A DNA stretch of 64,000 bases from Octopus vulgaris (GCA_951406725.2 OX597814.1:6200001-6264000), one strand, 5' to 3'; shown: positions 1 through 13,199, counted from the stretch's first letter. Made by a program: numbers and translations. Notes: generated by a model from the sequence alone, not told the origin.

Positions 1-660
1 TTCTTAACATCTTCAAAATGGAAGGATACACAGGAAACTGCAGACTTGGATAAATACAGACAGAAGATAGTTATGGCTGGAACACAATTGATTATCCATG
101 TGCTGGATGAGGGCTATCCCAGGGTTAAACACCACCAACAACCAAGAATAAGGTGACAGACTCTATCCCACCATTATTGAATATATTGGATATTCTGGAA
201 AGCAGAAATATTTAGAGTTTAATAGAGAATTGGTCTCAGCTGGATTGAAAGGGAGCCAAGGTCATCAGTGATGGTTAGCGTCAACAAAAGATGTGGACAG
301 TAGGAAGAGGTGAGTTCTAGTCTCAGACAAGAATAGTTTGAAAGTGGTCAACCTTTGAGCCAATTTGTTAAAGTGTCTCCAACGAAACTTCTCTGGGATT
401 GGATAGCCATGGGAGTAAAGGCTACTTTGTTGATGAGCAGCATTGAAAAGTTATGTGCTTGAGGAAGTTTCTGATCAGTTGCAGAGAAAGGATTTAATGG
501 TGAGGAGAAATTCTTGTAAAATGTCATTCTATTTTGTTCACCAAGTAGCTTTCTTGAACAATCAACATTGTCCTTCACAGACTTCCATTTAGATGTTCTA
601 AGAGGACAATGGAGTTGATTTAGCTTGGATATTATTATTATTATTATTGTTATTTTTATT

Positions 661-1071
661 ACTCTCTTTTCTCTTTTACTTGTTTCAGTCATTTGACTGC
701 GGCCATGCTAGAGCACCGCCTTCAGTCGAGCAAATCGACCCCGGGACTTATTCTTTGTAAGCCCAGTACTTATTCTATCGGTCTCTTTTGCCAAACCGCT
801 AAGTAACGGGGATGCAAACACACCAGCATCGGTTGTCAAGCAATGCTAGGGGGACAAACACAGACACACAAACATATACACACACACATACATATATATA
901 CATATATATGACAGGCTTCTTTCAGTTTCCGTCTACCAAATCCACTCACAAGGCGTTGGTCGGCCCGGGGCTATGGCAGAAGACACTTGCCCAAGATGCC
1001 ACGCAGTGGGACTGAACCTGGAACCATGTGGTTGGTTAGCAAGCTACTTACCACACAGCCACTCTTGCGCC
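661..1071 (-). mobile_element. tRNA-derived SINE, family A (abundant octopus-type SINE), full length
   Basis: Reverse complement begins GGCGCAAGAGTGGCTGTGTGGTAAG (A box) ... GGTTCAGTCC (B box), has an internal TA/TG tract, and ends CAAATGACTGAAACAAGTAAAAGAG. Near-identical to about 10 other copies in the window. Confidence 0.9.
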
Positions 1072-2239
1072 TATTATTATTATTATTCTCTTCAAAAGAA
1101 ACAAAAATATCTCTCAACAAAATTCAGAACCTTCAGCTGAGTGGATTGAAACTGGAATATTAAGAGCATGTGCCACACTGGACTCATTTGTGTTCTCTTT
1201 AAACATATTCCAAAGGAAATGGCAAGCTCTCATGATGAGGTTCCATCAAAACAATGTGCTCAAAGAAATGGTTCCACTGTCAATGTGTCCAAGAATAGTT
1301 TCTAGTTGAAGTCATGAAAGGAATGTTTACCGAGTTTCAGTGAAATAAATTAGTATTTTTAGAAACAATTGCCAAGAATTCATCATTTTTATCTGAAATG
1401 TTCTATCTCAGTAGTTCAGGTACAGCAATAGACATGGTGTCTTTTATTAGAAATGGTGGCATTAACCTTCAACAAAAAAAGACCACAAGGCAGCAAAACC
1501 AAAAGTAAAGCACAACTAAATAATAAACAACCAGAAAGGAGTAAGAACTGTGTTGTCGCATGATGGGTGAGAAACACAGATGCTCCTTGCCCAGGGGCTC
1601 AGTGACCATAGAGACAACTGTTTACTCTTTTGCTGGCTTCACTCATTGGATTGCAGCCATGATGGAACATTACCTTCAGGGTTTCTACCCACTCACTACA
1701 CTGACTCCAGAATTTGATTTAGTCAGATAATTATCATAATGATCTCTATTGCTACATTAATTACGAATCAAGGTAATTATCAGGTAGATATAAATCAATT
1801 AAACACGAAATTAATTATTGTTACCTTGAGTGTTGGTCCTGTATTCAAAACTGGTTTACTGCCACAATAGAAGCTTACAACTATGATAATGATTTGCTCT
1901 TTCTCTCTCCTTCTCATATATATATATACACATACATACATACATACACATACATACACAATCTCACTTGCCCTCATTCACACATAGACACACACACCAT
2001 TCTCACATACACACACATGCTTGCATACCTCAGTTCGTTTGGATCACCATTATTATCTCCCTTTCATTCGACCTCTTTTTTTCCCCAGTCATCTCACCAT
2101 GTTGGACTGCTGAACTCAGCACAGTTTTTCTCTCCCCATTTTTTTCCCTCTTATTCCTTTCTGTCAAAGAGCACAGACTCAAAATGTGAAAGACTTTTCT
2201 ATTTCTCCCAAGTGTTAAACTCATACACCTGTTTATTGT

Positions 2240-2790
2240 TCATCATCATCATCATCATTTAACGTCCGCTTTCCATGTTAGCATGGGTTGGATGATTTTG
2301 ACTGAGGTCTGGCGAACCAGATGGCTGCACCAGGCTCCAATCTTGATCTGGCAGAGTTTCTACAGCTAGATGCCTTTCCTAATGCCAACCACTCCGAGAG
2401 TGTAGTGGGTGCTTTTTACATGCCACTGGCCAGTCAGGCGGTACTGGCAATGACCTTGCTCGAATCCTTTTACACATGCCACCGGCACAGGTGCCAGTAA
2501 GGCGACACTGGTAACGATCACGCTTGAATGGTGCCCTTTTACGTGCCACCGGCACGGAAGCCAGTTGGCTGCTCTGGCAACGATCATGCTCAGATGGTGC
2601 TCTTGGCACCCTACTAGCATGGGGCATGAGTGCCAGTAAGGCGATGCTGGTAACAATCACACTCGAGTGGTGCTTTTTATGTGCCACTGGCATGGATGCC
2701 GGTTAGCTGCTCTGTCAACGATCACACTCGTATGATGCTCTTTGCACCCCGCTAGCACGGATGCCCGTCATCGAATGTGATTTTGGTTGT
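2240..2790 (-). mobile_element. RTE-clade LINE 3' UTR/tail (5'-truncated) with internal ~60-70 bp tandem units and (GAT)n tail
   Basis: Shares TTTAACGTCCGCTTTCCATG..GGATGCCCTTCCTAATGCCAACCACTCC with the tail attached to the RT ORF at 17899-18886; (CAT)n at the left end. Confidence 0.8.
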
Positions 2791-3337
2791 TCCTACACCT
2801 GTTTTTGTCTTTTATATACACACACACATACACACACAAACACATGTATCAATATAAAATGTGTGTGAATTATTCAGTGGTTGTTGTGGGGCTGTGAGCT
2901 GTTGTATGCTACGAAGCTTAAGTCTGAGACAAACCATGCAGCACTTTCATCCACTTCAGATGACATACATTAACAGTTTATGATGTGTGTGTGTGTGTGT
3001 GTGTGTATGCGTAAATACATACAGACATATACATGTGAACACACATGTAACATTAAATAAAGCCTGTCAGTTGCATTTTTAAACATGAAGCAATTCTATT
3101 CAGTTTTACACGTTTCATGACTGAAGACAAGCAACGATACATTTGTTGTTTCTATGAATTATTCAATAGTTGTTGTTGTTGTTGTTGCAATTATTTTAGG
3201 TTTTTTTTGCCTCCAAAAACTGCAATACTTTTAATGTGAGGATTTATGACAAAACATGTACCCCTCTTTCTCTTTTTATGTCCAACCCACTCTACCCTAC
3301 ATCCAGTGAGTCTTCCATGATATATTCATTCCATGTG

Positions 3338-3392
<55 letters not shown>

Positions 3393-3459
3393 GTACATGG
3401 TGTTTCAGTTAAATTTGGTTTGCCAAAAACAAAATCCCATCCAAAACAAAAATTATTTT

Positions 3460-5425
3460 TAGAAAATCAAAAAAATATGAAAAGGCCATTTAGAGTGAAG
3501 CAACAGGCCTGGAAAGGATTGGCAGGTAGCTAGGGTTATTAGGGCCAGAAGACAGATATACTTAGCCAGGGGAGAAGCAGAAGGTGGGGAAGTTTGCCAC
3601 TGTTCTGCAGCATGAGGACCAGGGGCCTTTAGGTGTTTTAGATTACAAGACAGTGTGCGAGAGAGAATTGTGATGTGGTAGGAGAGAAGTGTGTCTGCAT
3701 GGATGACGGGTCACTTGCAGTTAGTGATTCTGCAAAGAAGGAGGGTTCAAAGTGTTACTTTGAAAGGCTGCTAAATGTAGAGAATGCATGGGAAAAAGGG
3801 GGCCTGCCCAATGTGGAGCCAACGGAGGGGTTGGCTATTCGAATTGACAGTAGCTGAGTAGATAAAGCAATTAAGGATATGAAGACAGGGAAAGCCTCCA
3901 GCCCACTAGAAGTCATTGCTGAGATGCTTAAAATATCTGGTATAATGGGATATGGACCTTATCACCCATACAGTTAATCAGGTTGTCCATGGAAGGAGTC
4001 ATACCCAACGATTGGTGTGGCAGCATCAAAGTCAACTGTTACAAAGGAAAAGTGATGTCTCAGACAGGAATAGTTAGAGCAACACCAAATTGCTGAACCA
4101 GGTAATGAAAGTTGCAGAAAGGGTCACAGCTCAATTAATCAGGAAGAGAGCAGAGATGAGATGCAGTTTGGATTTGTGCCTCTTGGAGAGGCAACTACAG
4201 AAGTACTTGACCAAAAAGTAAACCTCTATTTCTAACTTTTGTTGACATGGAGAAAGCCTTTGATAGGGTTTCCCTTTCCCTTATCTCATGGGCAATGTAG
4301 AAGATAGGAATAAATGGATGGCCAGTGAGAGCTGTACAAGCCATGTACAGGGATGCTGTCAATAAGGTGAAGGTCATCAATGAGCATAGCAAGGAATTTA
4401 GTGTACAAGTAGGAGTCCACCAAGGATCAGTTCTCAGCCCCCTCTTGTTTATCATGGTCCTCCAAGTTATAACGGAAGAATTTAAGGCTGGCTGTTCTTG
4501 GGAGCTCCTCTATGCCAATGACCTTGTTCTTACTGCTGAATCACCACCAGAACTAGAGAAGAAATTTAAGGTATGGAAGCATGGACAGAAATCAAAGGGA
4601 GTTAGAGTTAATTTAGCAAAGACCAAAACCCTAATAAATAAGAGAGCAGACAAATCACTGATCCCTTCAGGCTGATGCCTCTGCTTGATGTGTAGAAAAG
4701 GTGTCAGGAGAAACTCCATACAGTGTACCAAGTGCAAGCTATGGGCACATAACAGGTGCAGTGGTATCACTGGAATATTAACAGAGAATTTAGTCCTTGC
4801 ATGTGGTAGATGTACAGCTACATTAAACATCAAGGAATGTAAGGAAAATAGACCCCCTCAAAAGTCAGTGGGGATCCTCAGAAGTAGTAGAGGGTTTCTG
4901 TTACTTAGGTGACCAAGTTAGCAGAGGTGGAGGTTGTTCTGAAAGCATAGCTGCTAGAATGAGAACAGGCTGGGCAGAGGTTAGAGAGCTACTACCTCTG
5001 TTGGTAACAAAGGGCCTCTCTCTTGGAGTGAAAAGCAGATTGTATGATGCCAGTGTATGAACAGCTATGCTACGTGGCAATGAGACATGTGAAGGTTTGA
5101 AAGAAAGGAAGCCAGTGTGGTTAGCTGGATGGGTAATGTCAATGTGTATATATATATGGCAGTGTGTATATATGGCAGATTTGAGAGAAGAACTCGGTAT
5201 ATGAGACATCAAATGTAGTGTGCAAGAGAGGAGACTGCACTGGTATGGTCATGTAATGCGTATAAATGAAGACAGCTGCATCAAGAGGTGCTGATCTCTA
5301 ATTGTGGAGGGAAGGAGTAGACCCAGGAAGACATAGGATGAAGTAGTGAGAAAGGATCTACATATACTGGGATTCACAGAGGGGATGACAGGGGACCAAG
5401 ACTCCTGGTGGTTTGTTGTGCTTGT
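3460..5425 (+). mobile_element. Degenerate RTE-clade LINE, reverse transcriptase region (pseudogenised)
   Basis: RT motifs FVDMEKAFDRV, GVHQGSVLSPLLF, ELLYANDLVL (YADD-like); Cys/His cluster CRKGVRRNSIQCTKCKLWAHNRC; C-terminal LHWYGHVMR and RPRKT. Many stops and frameshifts. Confidence 0.9.
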
Positions 5426-5522
5426 GTGTGTGTGTGTAAATCTTTGTTGTCATAAGAAATGAGAAGCTTCAAGAGAATGTGAAGTAATTAATTTTAACTG
5501 GTTGAACTTGAAGCAGAAAAGC

Positions 5523-5914
5523 TCTCTCTTTTACTTGTTTCAGTCATTTGACTGCGGCCATGCAGGAGCACCGCCTTTAATCGAGCAACTCGCCCCCGGA
5601 CTTATTCTTTTTGTAAGCCCAGTACTTATTCTATTGGTCTCTTTTGCCGAACTGCTAAGTAACGGGGACATAAACACACCAGCATCGGTTGTCAAGCGAT
5701 GCTAGAGGGACAAACACACACACGCATATATATATATATACATATATACAACGGGCTTCTTTCAGTTTCCGTCTACCAAATCCACTCACAAGGCTTCAGT
5801 CGTCGGCCCGAGGCTATAGTAGAAGACACTTGCCCAAGGTGCCACGCAGTGGGACTGAACCCAGAACCATGTGGTTGGTAAACAAGCTACTTACCACACA
5901 GCCACTCCTGTGCC
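5523..5914 (-). mobile_element. tRNA-derived SINE, family A
   Basis: Same sequence as 661-1071 with scattered substitutions. Confidence 0.9.
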
Positions 5915-6098
5915 TGTATATAAGCTATAAATAATAGGATGTAAATAAGGTATTAAAAAATGCTTTGGATAAAAAAAAGTTTAAGGCTGCCCCTTTATAC
6001 ATCATTTGTAAGCGTCTTAATATGTAAGCAAGTCTGTCACTGTCTCTGCAGGTTCTCCTGTTAAGAAGTGATTAGCAATTGTTAATAATAATAATAAT

Positions 6099-6762
6099 AG
6101 AGAAATACCTAAGGGTATTTGAAGGGGACGGGGACTTGCCCCATGATAAAAACTGGTGGGAACACAATCCACCTCCAGTGCTTGAAAATGACCACATCTC
6201 ACTCCTCTGGAACTTCACCATTCAAACTGACAGAAAGATAGATGCAAATATGCCAGACATCATACTGAAAGACTTCAGACAAAGAACATGCCTCCTCATT
6301 GATATGACTGTCCCAATCTATATAAATGTATCTGTCAAGACCTACCAAAAACTGAGCAAATATAAAGATCTTGAAATAGAAATCAGCAAAATGTGGAACC
6401 TGAAGACTAAAACAATACCTGTTGTCATAGGTACCCTGGGAATGATAGTAAAAGGGGCTGATTGCTACCTAGCTCAGATACCAGGAAACCCCAAAATGGC
6501 AGAAATTCCAAAGATAGTGCTCATGGGAACTGCCCATATCCTACACAAAATACTTTTTATGTAATCTCAAGTTTTAAAACAAACACATAATTTTCGTATG
6601 GTTTCTTAGGCATTCACTAGTACAACACTAAGTACAAAACCAAATATATGGTACCCTAGGCATAACACCAACATGAACTTCTAACTTGTTGTCTCTTGAG
6701 GTATCTGGGTGAGACTTGGAGCCAACTTGTACAAATGCAAAGCAAAAGTCAAACATAAAATA
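6099..6762 (+). mobile_element. 5'-truncated RLE-type non-LTR retrotransposon (R4/Dong-like): restriction-like endonuclease domain plus 3' UTR
   Basis: ORF 6079-6564 has LLWNFTIQTDRKIDANMPDIIL..CLLIDMTVP..KLSKYKDL..IPVVIGTLG (PD..D..K pattern). Flanked by (TAA)n/(TAC)n on both sides, as expected for microsatellite-targeting Dong/R4 elements. Confidence 0.85.
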
Positions 6763-7235
6763 CTACTACTACTAATAATAATCTATACTATAATGAAGAA
6801 AGCTGCTTATTAATTAGGAATGTAGCAATTACTAAAAGTACTAAAAAAAGCAATTATTAAAAACTTGACCATCTGGAAATATTTTTATAAACCTGTTTTA
6901 AAAAATTGCCTATAATTTAGATTTCTGAAGTTTATTGAATTTTTTAAACTCAAAATTCTCACAAATTTAAATATTCATAGCATTCACTGCAGAATAGATT
7001 TTAATGCTTAACAATAAACACTATTAATTCGTTGCAGGCAACAGTTTACGCTTTTATTTGCAACTGTCTCTCATTGTCACTCACCTCTATTTTCATTAAT
7101 GAAAATTTAATAACAGGCTATTTAACTTCGATACGAGACACAATTTCCAGAATATTATCAATTTCCGGAGTTTGTTAAATTAATATTTTTGATAAAATGA
7201 AAATTCTTTAATATACCAATAAAACTTTTTTTTAA

Positions 7236-7454
7236 CCCTTTCATTACCAACCCGGCTGAAACCGGCTCTGGTTCTAAATACAAATGTCTTGTTTTCATAA
7301 GTTTTGAATGAAAATCTTCCACCAAGCCTTAGTCACAATTTATGTTACTAACACTAGCTTAATGATAACTAAGTTATTTTCTAAATTCTCTGTTATATTT
7401 AAAGTAATTGAAAGAAACACAGAGCATCTCAACAGAAATACAGTAACGAAAGGG
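7236..7454. mobile_element. piggyBac-type MITE (~220 bp)
   Basis: TTAA|CCCTTTC...GAAAGGG|TTAA: TTAA target duplication and CCCTTT terminal inverted repeats. Four more copies in the window. Confidence 0.85.
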
Positions 7455-8699
7455 TTAAATGAAGAAGTGATTTTGTTGGTATGGCTACTTGGAACGCTAT
7501 AAGCTTTTCGATAATAACTATGTGATCGCTGCTATTTCTAGCACGCTAAAGAAGATTAATTTTTAACAAGCTTTCATTTACATAAAACACTAGACTTACT
7601 ACCCAGCATTGCCCAGTAATGCATTCATGGAATTGTTTGCCATTTTGTAGAATGGGAATTCATGGTACTTATGCATGTATATTTATATATCTAACCTAAC
7701 TTCTGGACTTATTTAATTGGAACTGTCCAAACAATAGTAATCAATTTACACGAGTTGAAGCTTGTCCGGAAAATCACCTGTGACTTTTGTTTTAAAATAA
7801 AAGAGAGGAGAAAGTGAAAGATGTATGAACGTGTATATGAGGGAGAGAGAAAATGTGAGAAGGAGAATGTGTTACGTACACATACATGAGAACACACACG
7901 TTCACTCATTCACACTCTCTCTCACCCTCACACATGCACACGTACATACAAAAAAGATGTATGCATATGCATGTACGTATAAATGACAACACACCCCTTC
8001 ACTCACTCTCTTTTCTCTCTTTCACACGCACACACATCCATTTCATATACACGTCCATTCGTCTTTCACTTTAAAACAAAAGTAAAGAAATAAAAATTTT
8101 TTACGGAAATTAACAAACTCCGGATGATGAAATCACATTGTTAAAAATATTTCTAAATGATTAAAATATTGTGTATGTCAAAAGTCGATGGTTTATTTTC
8201 TTCTTAGAGAGCACAAAGACTGTGTGTGTGTGTGTGTATATGTCACAGATAGTGGACGTGTGTTTGTGTTGATTGACAAGCCATGACATTTATTATATGT
8301 GTGTGTATTCTGTATGCATGTATGTGTGTTGATGTCATGGAAGTCATGTATTTTTTCATCAAGAAATAACAAAAATTGTGTTTAATCATTTAAACAGAGG
8401 TCCAAATGTCACAAAAAATTGTACTGCACTGCTGAAGGTAAGTATGAAAATAAATATGTAAAAAATTAAGATAAAATATACTTTTACTGAGATTTATCAA
8501 TTACATACAAACAACTCTAGAGTTTTAGTATTATCAAGATGTGACTGAAAAAGAAAATTTAGCAGCAAAGGCACAACGGCAGAGAGAAAGACGAGCAACT
8601 GAATCGGATGAAACCAGGGCAAAGCGACCGAAACAGATATCCTGAATATGCACGGAGACGTAGACACGATTCTGTTTCCACTACACACGACCAATTGGT

Positions 8700-9340
8700 T
8701 AGGGTACCTTGAGAGGAGAATATTCTACTTCAAAATAATGGTGTTAGATCACAAATTATTGATGCAACACTAAAGAGATCTTTTCTTTGCGATCATGTGG
8801 AAGTAGTGGAGTTGACAACCAATCTAAGACTTCTTACAGAAGGTCATTCTAATCAAAGAGAGTTTGCTAATTACCTTCTTGATGTAGGAAATGGTAACAT
8901 TTCTGTTGAACAAAGCCTAGGTTTAATTCAAAATCAAACTACCCAATGACCCTTGCTTTGAAAGGAGTGCTCTTTCAGATCTATGTGATTTTGTATATGC
9001 TGACCTCAAAAATAACTTCACAAACCCTGTGTGGCTTGCAAATAGAACCGTTGTTACTCCACCAAATGAATCAGCACAATTTGTGAATGATTTTCTGTTG
9101 ACCAGGATCCCTGGTGAGCGAAAAATATACAGAAGCTCAGTTGATAATGAAACTCTGTACCTAATTGCATTCATCAACAAACTTACACCATCAGGGTTTC
9201 CACCACACATTCTCAAACTGAAGGAAAGAAAATGATGCGTAATGCTTCTGAGAAATTTAGATGCTACTAACGGACACTGCAATGGCACCGTGCTACATCA
9301 TTGTCAGTTTACATGATCATGTGGCTGAGGCTGAGGTTGT
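8700..9340 (+). mobile_element. Helitron PIF1-like helicase fragment (degenerate)
   Basis: Translation includes VELTTNLRL..EFANYLLDVGNG, DFVYADL..WLANRTVVTPPN, FINKLTPSGFPPHILKLK and VMLLRNLDATNGHCNGT, typical of the Helitron RepHel C-terminus. Contains stops. Confidence 0.85.
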
Positions 9341-9906
9341 TAATCCCCAAAACATCATAAAAATGATTAGAATTGGGAATCAAATGTGGACATATTATCA
9401 AGTAGCTAGCAGAAAACATGTGGCTTCAATGTCTGAAGGCTTCAAAAGATTGCAGAAATTGTTTTTGTTTCAGGTACAGAAAACAGACCCTAACCCATTC
9501 ACCCAGTCTGTTTTCTGCCTGGCTCTCTTTTTTAGGAACCCTACAGTCAACATCATCAAGATGAGCAGTAAGGTCATCGAGATGGTAGAATTGCCACAGC
9601 GGGAATGTGTACTGTGTGCAAGAGGTGAAATGGAATGGGGGCATTTGGCAAATTCTTCACAAGTGAAAACGTAATGACATCAATCCATCTGGGTGAGCAG
9701 CAGGAATCCTCATGATCCCCACTGTCGCCACCATCATTGTTTCTAATGTCCACTTTCCCATGCTTATAAGGATCTAATGGGATTTATTGAGGCAAATTCC
9801 CTGCCACTGGATGTTCTCCCTCTCAGCAACCTTCACCTGATTCCAACCAACGTAACATTTTGTGTTTATGTAGAATATTGGAAATGAATGACCTTACTTG
9901 TATATA

Positions 9907-10320
9907 TTTCTTTATTACCCACAAGGGGCTAAACACAGAGAGGACAAACAAGGACAGACAAATGGATTAAGTTGATTACTTCGACCCCAGTGTGTAACTG
10001 GTACTTATTTAATCGACCCCAAAAGGATGAAAGGCAAAGTCGACCTCGGCAGAATTTGAACTCAATGTAAAGACAGATGAAATACCTATTTCTTTACTAC
10101 CCACAAGGGGCTAAACACGGAGGGGACAAACAAGGACAGACAAACGGATTAAGTCGATGATATCGACCCCAGTGCATAACTGGTACTTATTTAATCGACC
10201 CTGAAAGGATAAAGGCAAAGTCGACCTCGGTGGAATTTGAACTCAGAACGTAGCAGCAGATGAAATACTGCTAAGCATTTCTCCCGGCCTGCTAACGATT
10301 CTGCCTACTTGCTGCCTTTG
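9907..10320 (-). mobile_element. SINE family C, with the 3' portion present twice in tandem
   Basis: Two consecutive copies of TTTCTTTA.TACCCACAAGGGGCTAAACAC...GGCAAAGTCGACCTCGG..GAATTTGAACTC. Further fragments at ~27855-27952 and ~30770-30920. Confidence 0.75.
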
Positions 10321-10929
10321 ACCTCACTTGTATAACCACACAGAAACACCATTTAATGAATTACATTTTGGTTTGTATCTATTTGCAGGGTGATACATAT
10401 TTATGGTGTAATTGATTGGCACCAAGCTGTTGTTTATCTAAAAATGCCATTATTTCTTATAATGAAGACCGTTTGCCATTGTTTTGTTATATCGTATTTC
10501 ATTAGTGTCATTTAATGTAACAAACGAAAAAGAGAGAGAAACAACCTTTGTAAATATGGAACAACACCTGACAGTGGCAGTTCGTTCGTTCGTTCTTGAA
10601 AGATGAAACACACACAAAAACAAAATAAAAACATGTTCCTACAAGTTTCAATGGAATTGCAAACATAAGAAGCAGCTGAGAGAAGCAACAATCAGAAAGT
10701 TTATGAAAACATTTCACAAGCAAGAAGCATGCAGCAGTAAGAGAAGAAACCATTCTCTACATAACTCTGCTGAAATCCTTTCTCACTCAGGCTGTAATAA
10801 GACGACTGCATTTAGAAGCCTTCGTTAGACAATAAGGAATTGTGCAAAACACTTTGGAACAACGAAGAAAATACAAAAATATTAAGACAACTGGATGAGG
10901 AAACTAAATACTTTCCCTCTCTCTCACAC

Positions 10930-11160
10930 ATCATCATCATCATCATCGTTTAACGTCTGTTTTCTGTGCTAGCATGGGTTGGACGGTTCGACCGGGGTTT
11001 GGGAAGCCAGGAGGCTGCACCAGGCTTTAGTCTGATCTGGTAGTGTTTCTACGGCTGGATGCCCTTCCTAACGCCAACCACTCCGAGAGTGTAGTGGGTG
11101 CTTTTTACATGCCACCGGCATGGGGCCAGTCAGGCGGTACTGGCAACGACTTCGCTCGAA
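10930..11160 (-). mobile_element. RTE LINE 3' tail fragment
   Basis: (CAT)n followed by the conserved tail sequence. Similar copies at ~11470-11870, 14285-14388, 16828-17135, 17255-17410, 22515-22680, 28175-28340, 29110-29270 and 34038-34385. Confidence 0.8.
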
Positions 11161-11164
11161 TATG

Positions 11165-11195
<31 letters not shown>

Positions 11196-11931
11196 TTTTA
11201 ATTCCTAAACACTGAGATAAGTTATTTGGTTGAGACTTCAACAGTCCAACTTGTTAGGGATACACTTTTTAAAATATCAATGAGACAAAAATTATGATGA
11301 AGGCAAGCAGGCCAAAACTTCAAAGTCACTGTCAGATTTTTCTGTACAAAAGTTAATAAAGACTACTAAAAAGTTTTAATTTAATGTTAAATTATCTTTA
11401 TAAATAGCATGACATAAGAACAATGTGTGTGCGTGTGTGTGTGTGTATATATATATGTATATATCATCATCATATCATCATCATATCATCTAATGTCTGT
11501 CGTCCATGCTGGCATGGGTTGGACGGTTTGACCAGGGCTGGCACGCTGGAAGGCTGCACCAACCTCCAGTCTGATTTAGCATGGTTTCTACAGCTGGATG
11601 CCCTTCCTAATGCCAACCACTCCAGGAGTGTAATGGGTGCTTTCAGGTGCCAGCGGCATCTGCCACTTTGCCCCCTTCAGGCTCAATGGTCGAAAGGTAG
11701 TTTTTATGTGCCATCAGCATTTCACTTGGTCTGACAGGTCTTCTCAAGCACAGCATTTCACCAAAGGTCCTGGTCACCTGTCATTACCCCTGAGGCCCAA
11801 AGTTCCAAGATCATGCTTCACATGTTTTCCTGGGTTTGCCTCTACCACAGATTCCCTCCACAGTTAGAGATTAGACGACAGACATTAGAGATTCTTTACA
11901 TAACTCTCTTTCTCTCTCTCTCTACACACAT

Positions 11932-13199
11932 ATACTGATAATAAGGAAAATGAAGAATTTGAACATTCAGACTTTCTACTTGGTTTATTCAAAGTAACTG
12001 TCCGACACGTGTTTCGATTGTATTAATTGCAAATTGCTGCATATTTCTATGCTGGGATTTATGCCTAATTTGTACGATCTTTTGAGGGTCAATAAATATG
12101 TCCTTGTTCAAAGAGTAATTCTCCCTGTAAATCAGGCTTGGTAGTAGTAGTAGTAAATTATGTTGTTCAACAATGAGTTGCTATTCACAACTGTAAAAGT
12201 GTAAAATCTACTGAAATACCACAAGACTAGAAGGAATGTAGAATGATTCAAAGGGAAAATGTTCTAAAATTAACCACTCCGAAATGGTCCAGTAAAATTT
12301 GTCAACGTCCACAAACACTGCTGTTGGTGCTCCCAGATTTTTACACAAACAACCAAATCAAAATCAAATTCGATGACTGGTATCTGTGCTAGCGGGGTGC
12401 AAAGAGCACCATACAAGTGTGATCGTTTGACAGAGCGGCTAACCGGCTTCCGTGCCAGTGGCACATAAAAGGCACCATTCGAGTGTGATCGTTACCAGCG
12501 GCGCCTTACTGGCACTTGTGCCCGTGCTAGTAGGGTGTCAAGAGCACCATCCGAGCGTGATTGTTGCCAGAGCAGCCAACTGGCTTCCGTGCCAGTGGCA
12601 CGTAAAAGGGCACCATTCAAGTGTGATCGTTACCAACATCAACTTACTGGCACCTATGCCGGTGGCATGTGTGAAAGGATTCGAGCAAGATCATTGCCAG
12701 TATCGCCTGACTGGTCCCTGTGCCAGTGGCTCGTAAAAAGCACCCACTACACTCTCGGAGTGTTTGGCATTAGGAAGGGCATCCAGCTGTAGAAACTCTG
12801 CCAGATCAAGATTGGAGCCTGGTGCAGCCATCTGGTACGCCAGCCCTGAGTCAAAATCATCCAACCCATGCTAGCATGGAAAGTGGATGTTAAACGATGA
12901 TGATGATGATGATGATGATGAACCAGTTGTGAACAGCAACTCATTGTTGAACAACATGATTTACTCCTACCTTTGCCAAGCCTGATTCAAACTAATAACA
13001 GGGGTGTGGGGTCACTCCTTCAACAATGGCATATTTATTCGTCCTGAAGAGATCGTACAAAGATCATGCAGAAGTCCCTGCATAGAAATATGCAGCATTC
13101 TGCAGTTGAAATGACCAAAACTCTTGTCAGACAATTACTATGAACAAACCAAGTGGAAAGTCTAAACGTCTGAATTCTTCCTTTCCTTATTATCAGTAT
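11932..13199. mobile_element. Diverged ~260 bp inverted-repeat pair (Penelope-like element remnant) interrupted by an RTE tail
   Basis: 11932-12195 is the reverse complement of ~12924-13199 (e.g. ATACTGATAATAAGGAAA / TTTCCTTATTATCAGTAT; TGTTGTTCAACAATGAGTTGCT / AGCAACTCATTGTTGAACAACA). The arms carry degenerate hammerhead motifs. Confidence 0.6.
12356..12920 (+). mobile_element. RTE LINE 3' UTR/tail with tandem units, (GAT)n tail and AACCA target duplication
   Basis: Highly similar to the reverse complement of 2240-2790; AACCA occurs on both sides. Confidence 0.8.

Noticed and set aside
812-1015. Recurrent short ORFs such as ..SFSFRLPNPLTR.., ..YQIHSQG..EDTCPRCHAVGLNPEPCGW and ..FLQLDALPNANH..
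   Set aside because: Chance frames within SINE family A and the RTE 3' UTR; not genes.
8497-8694. Minus-strand LPWF as the missing CDS exon
   Set aside because: The surrounding residues do not match KCF.EII.IGY..LPWFR.LSW, and it lies in Helitron-associated sequence.
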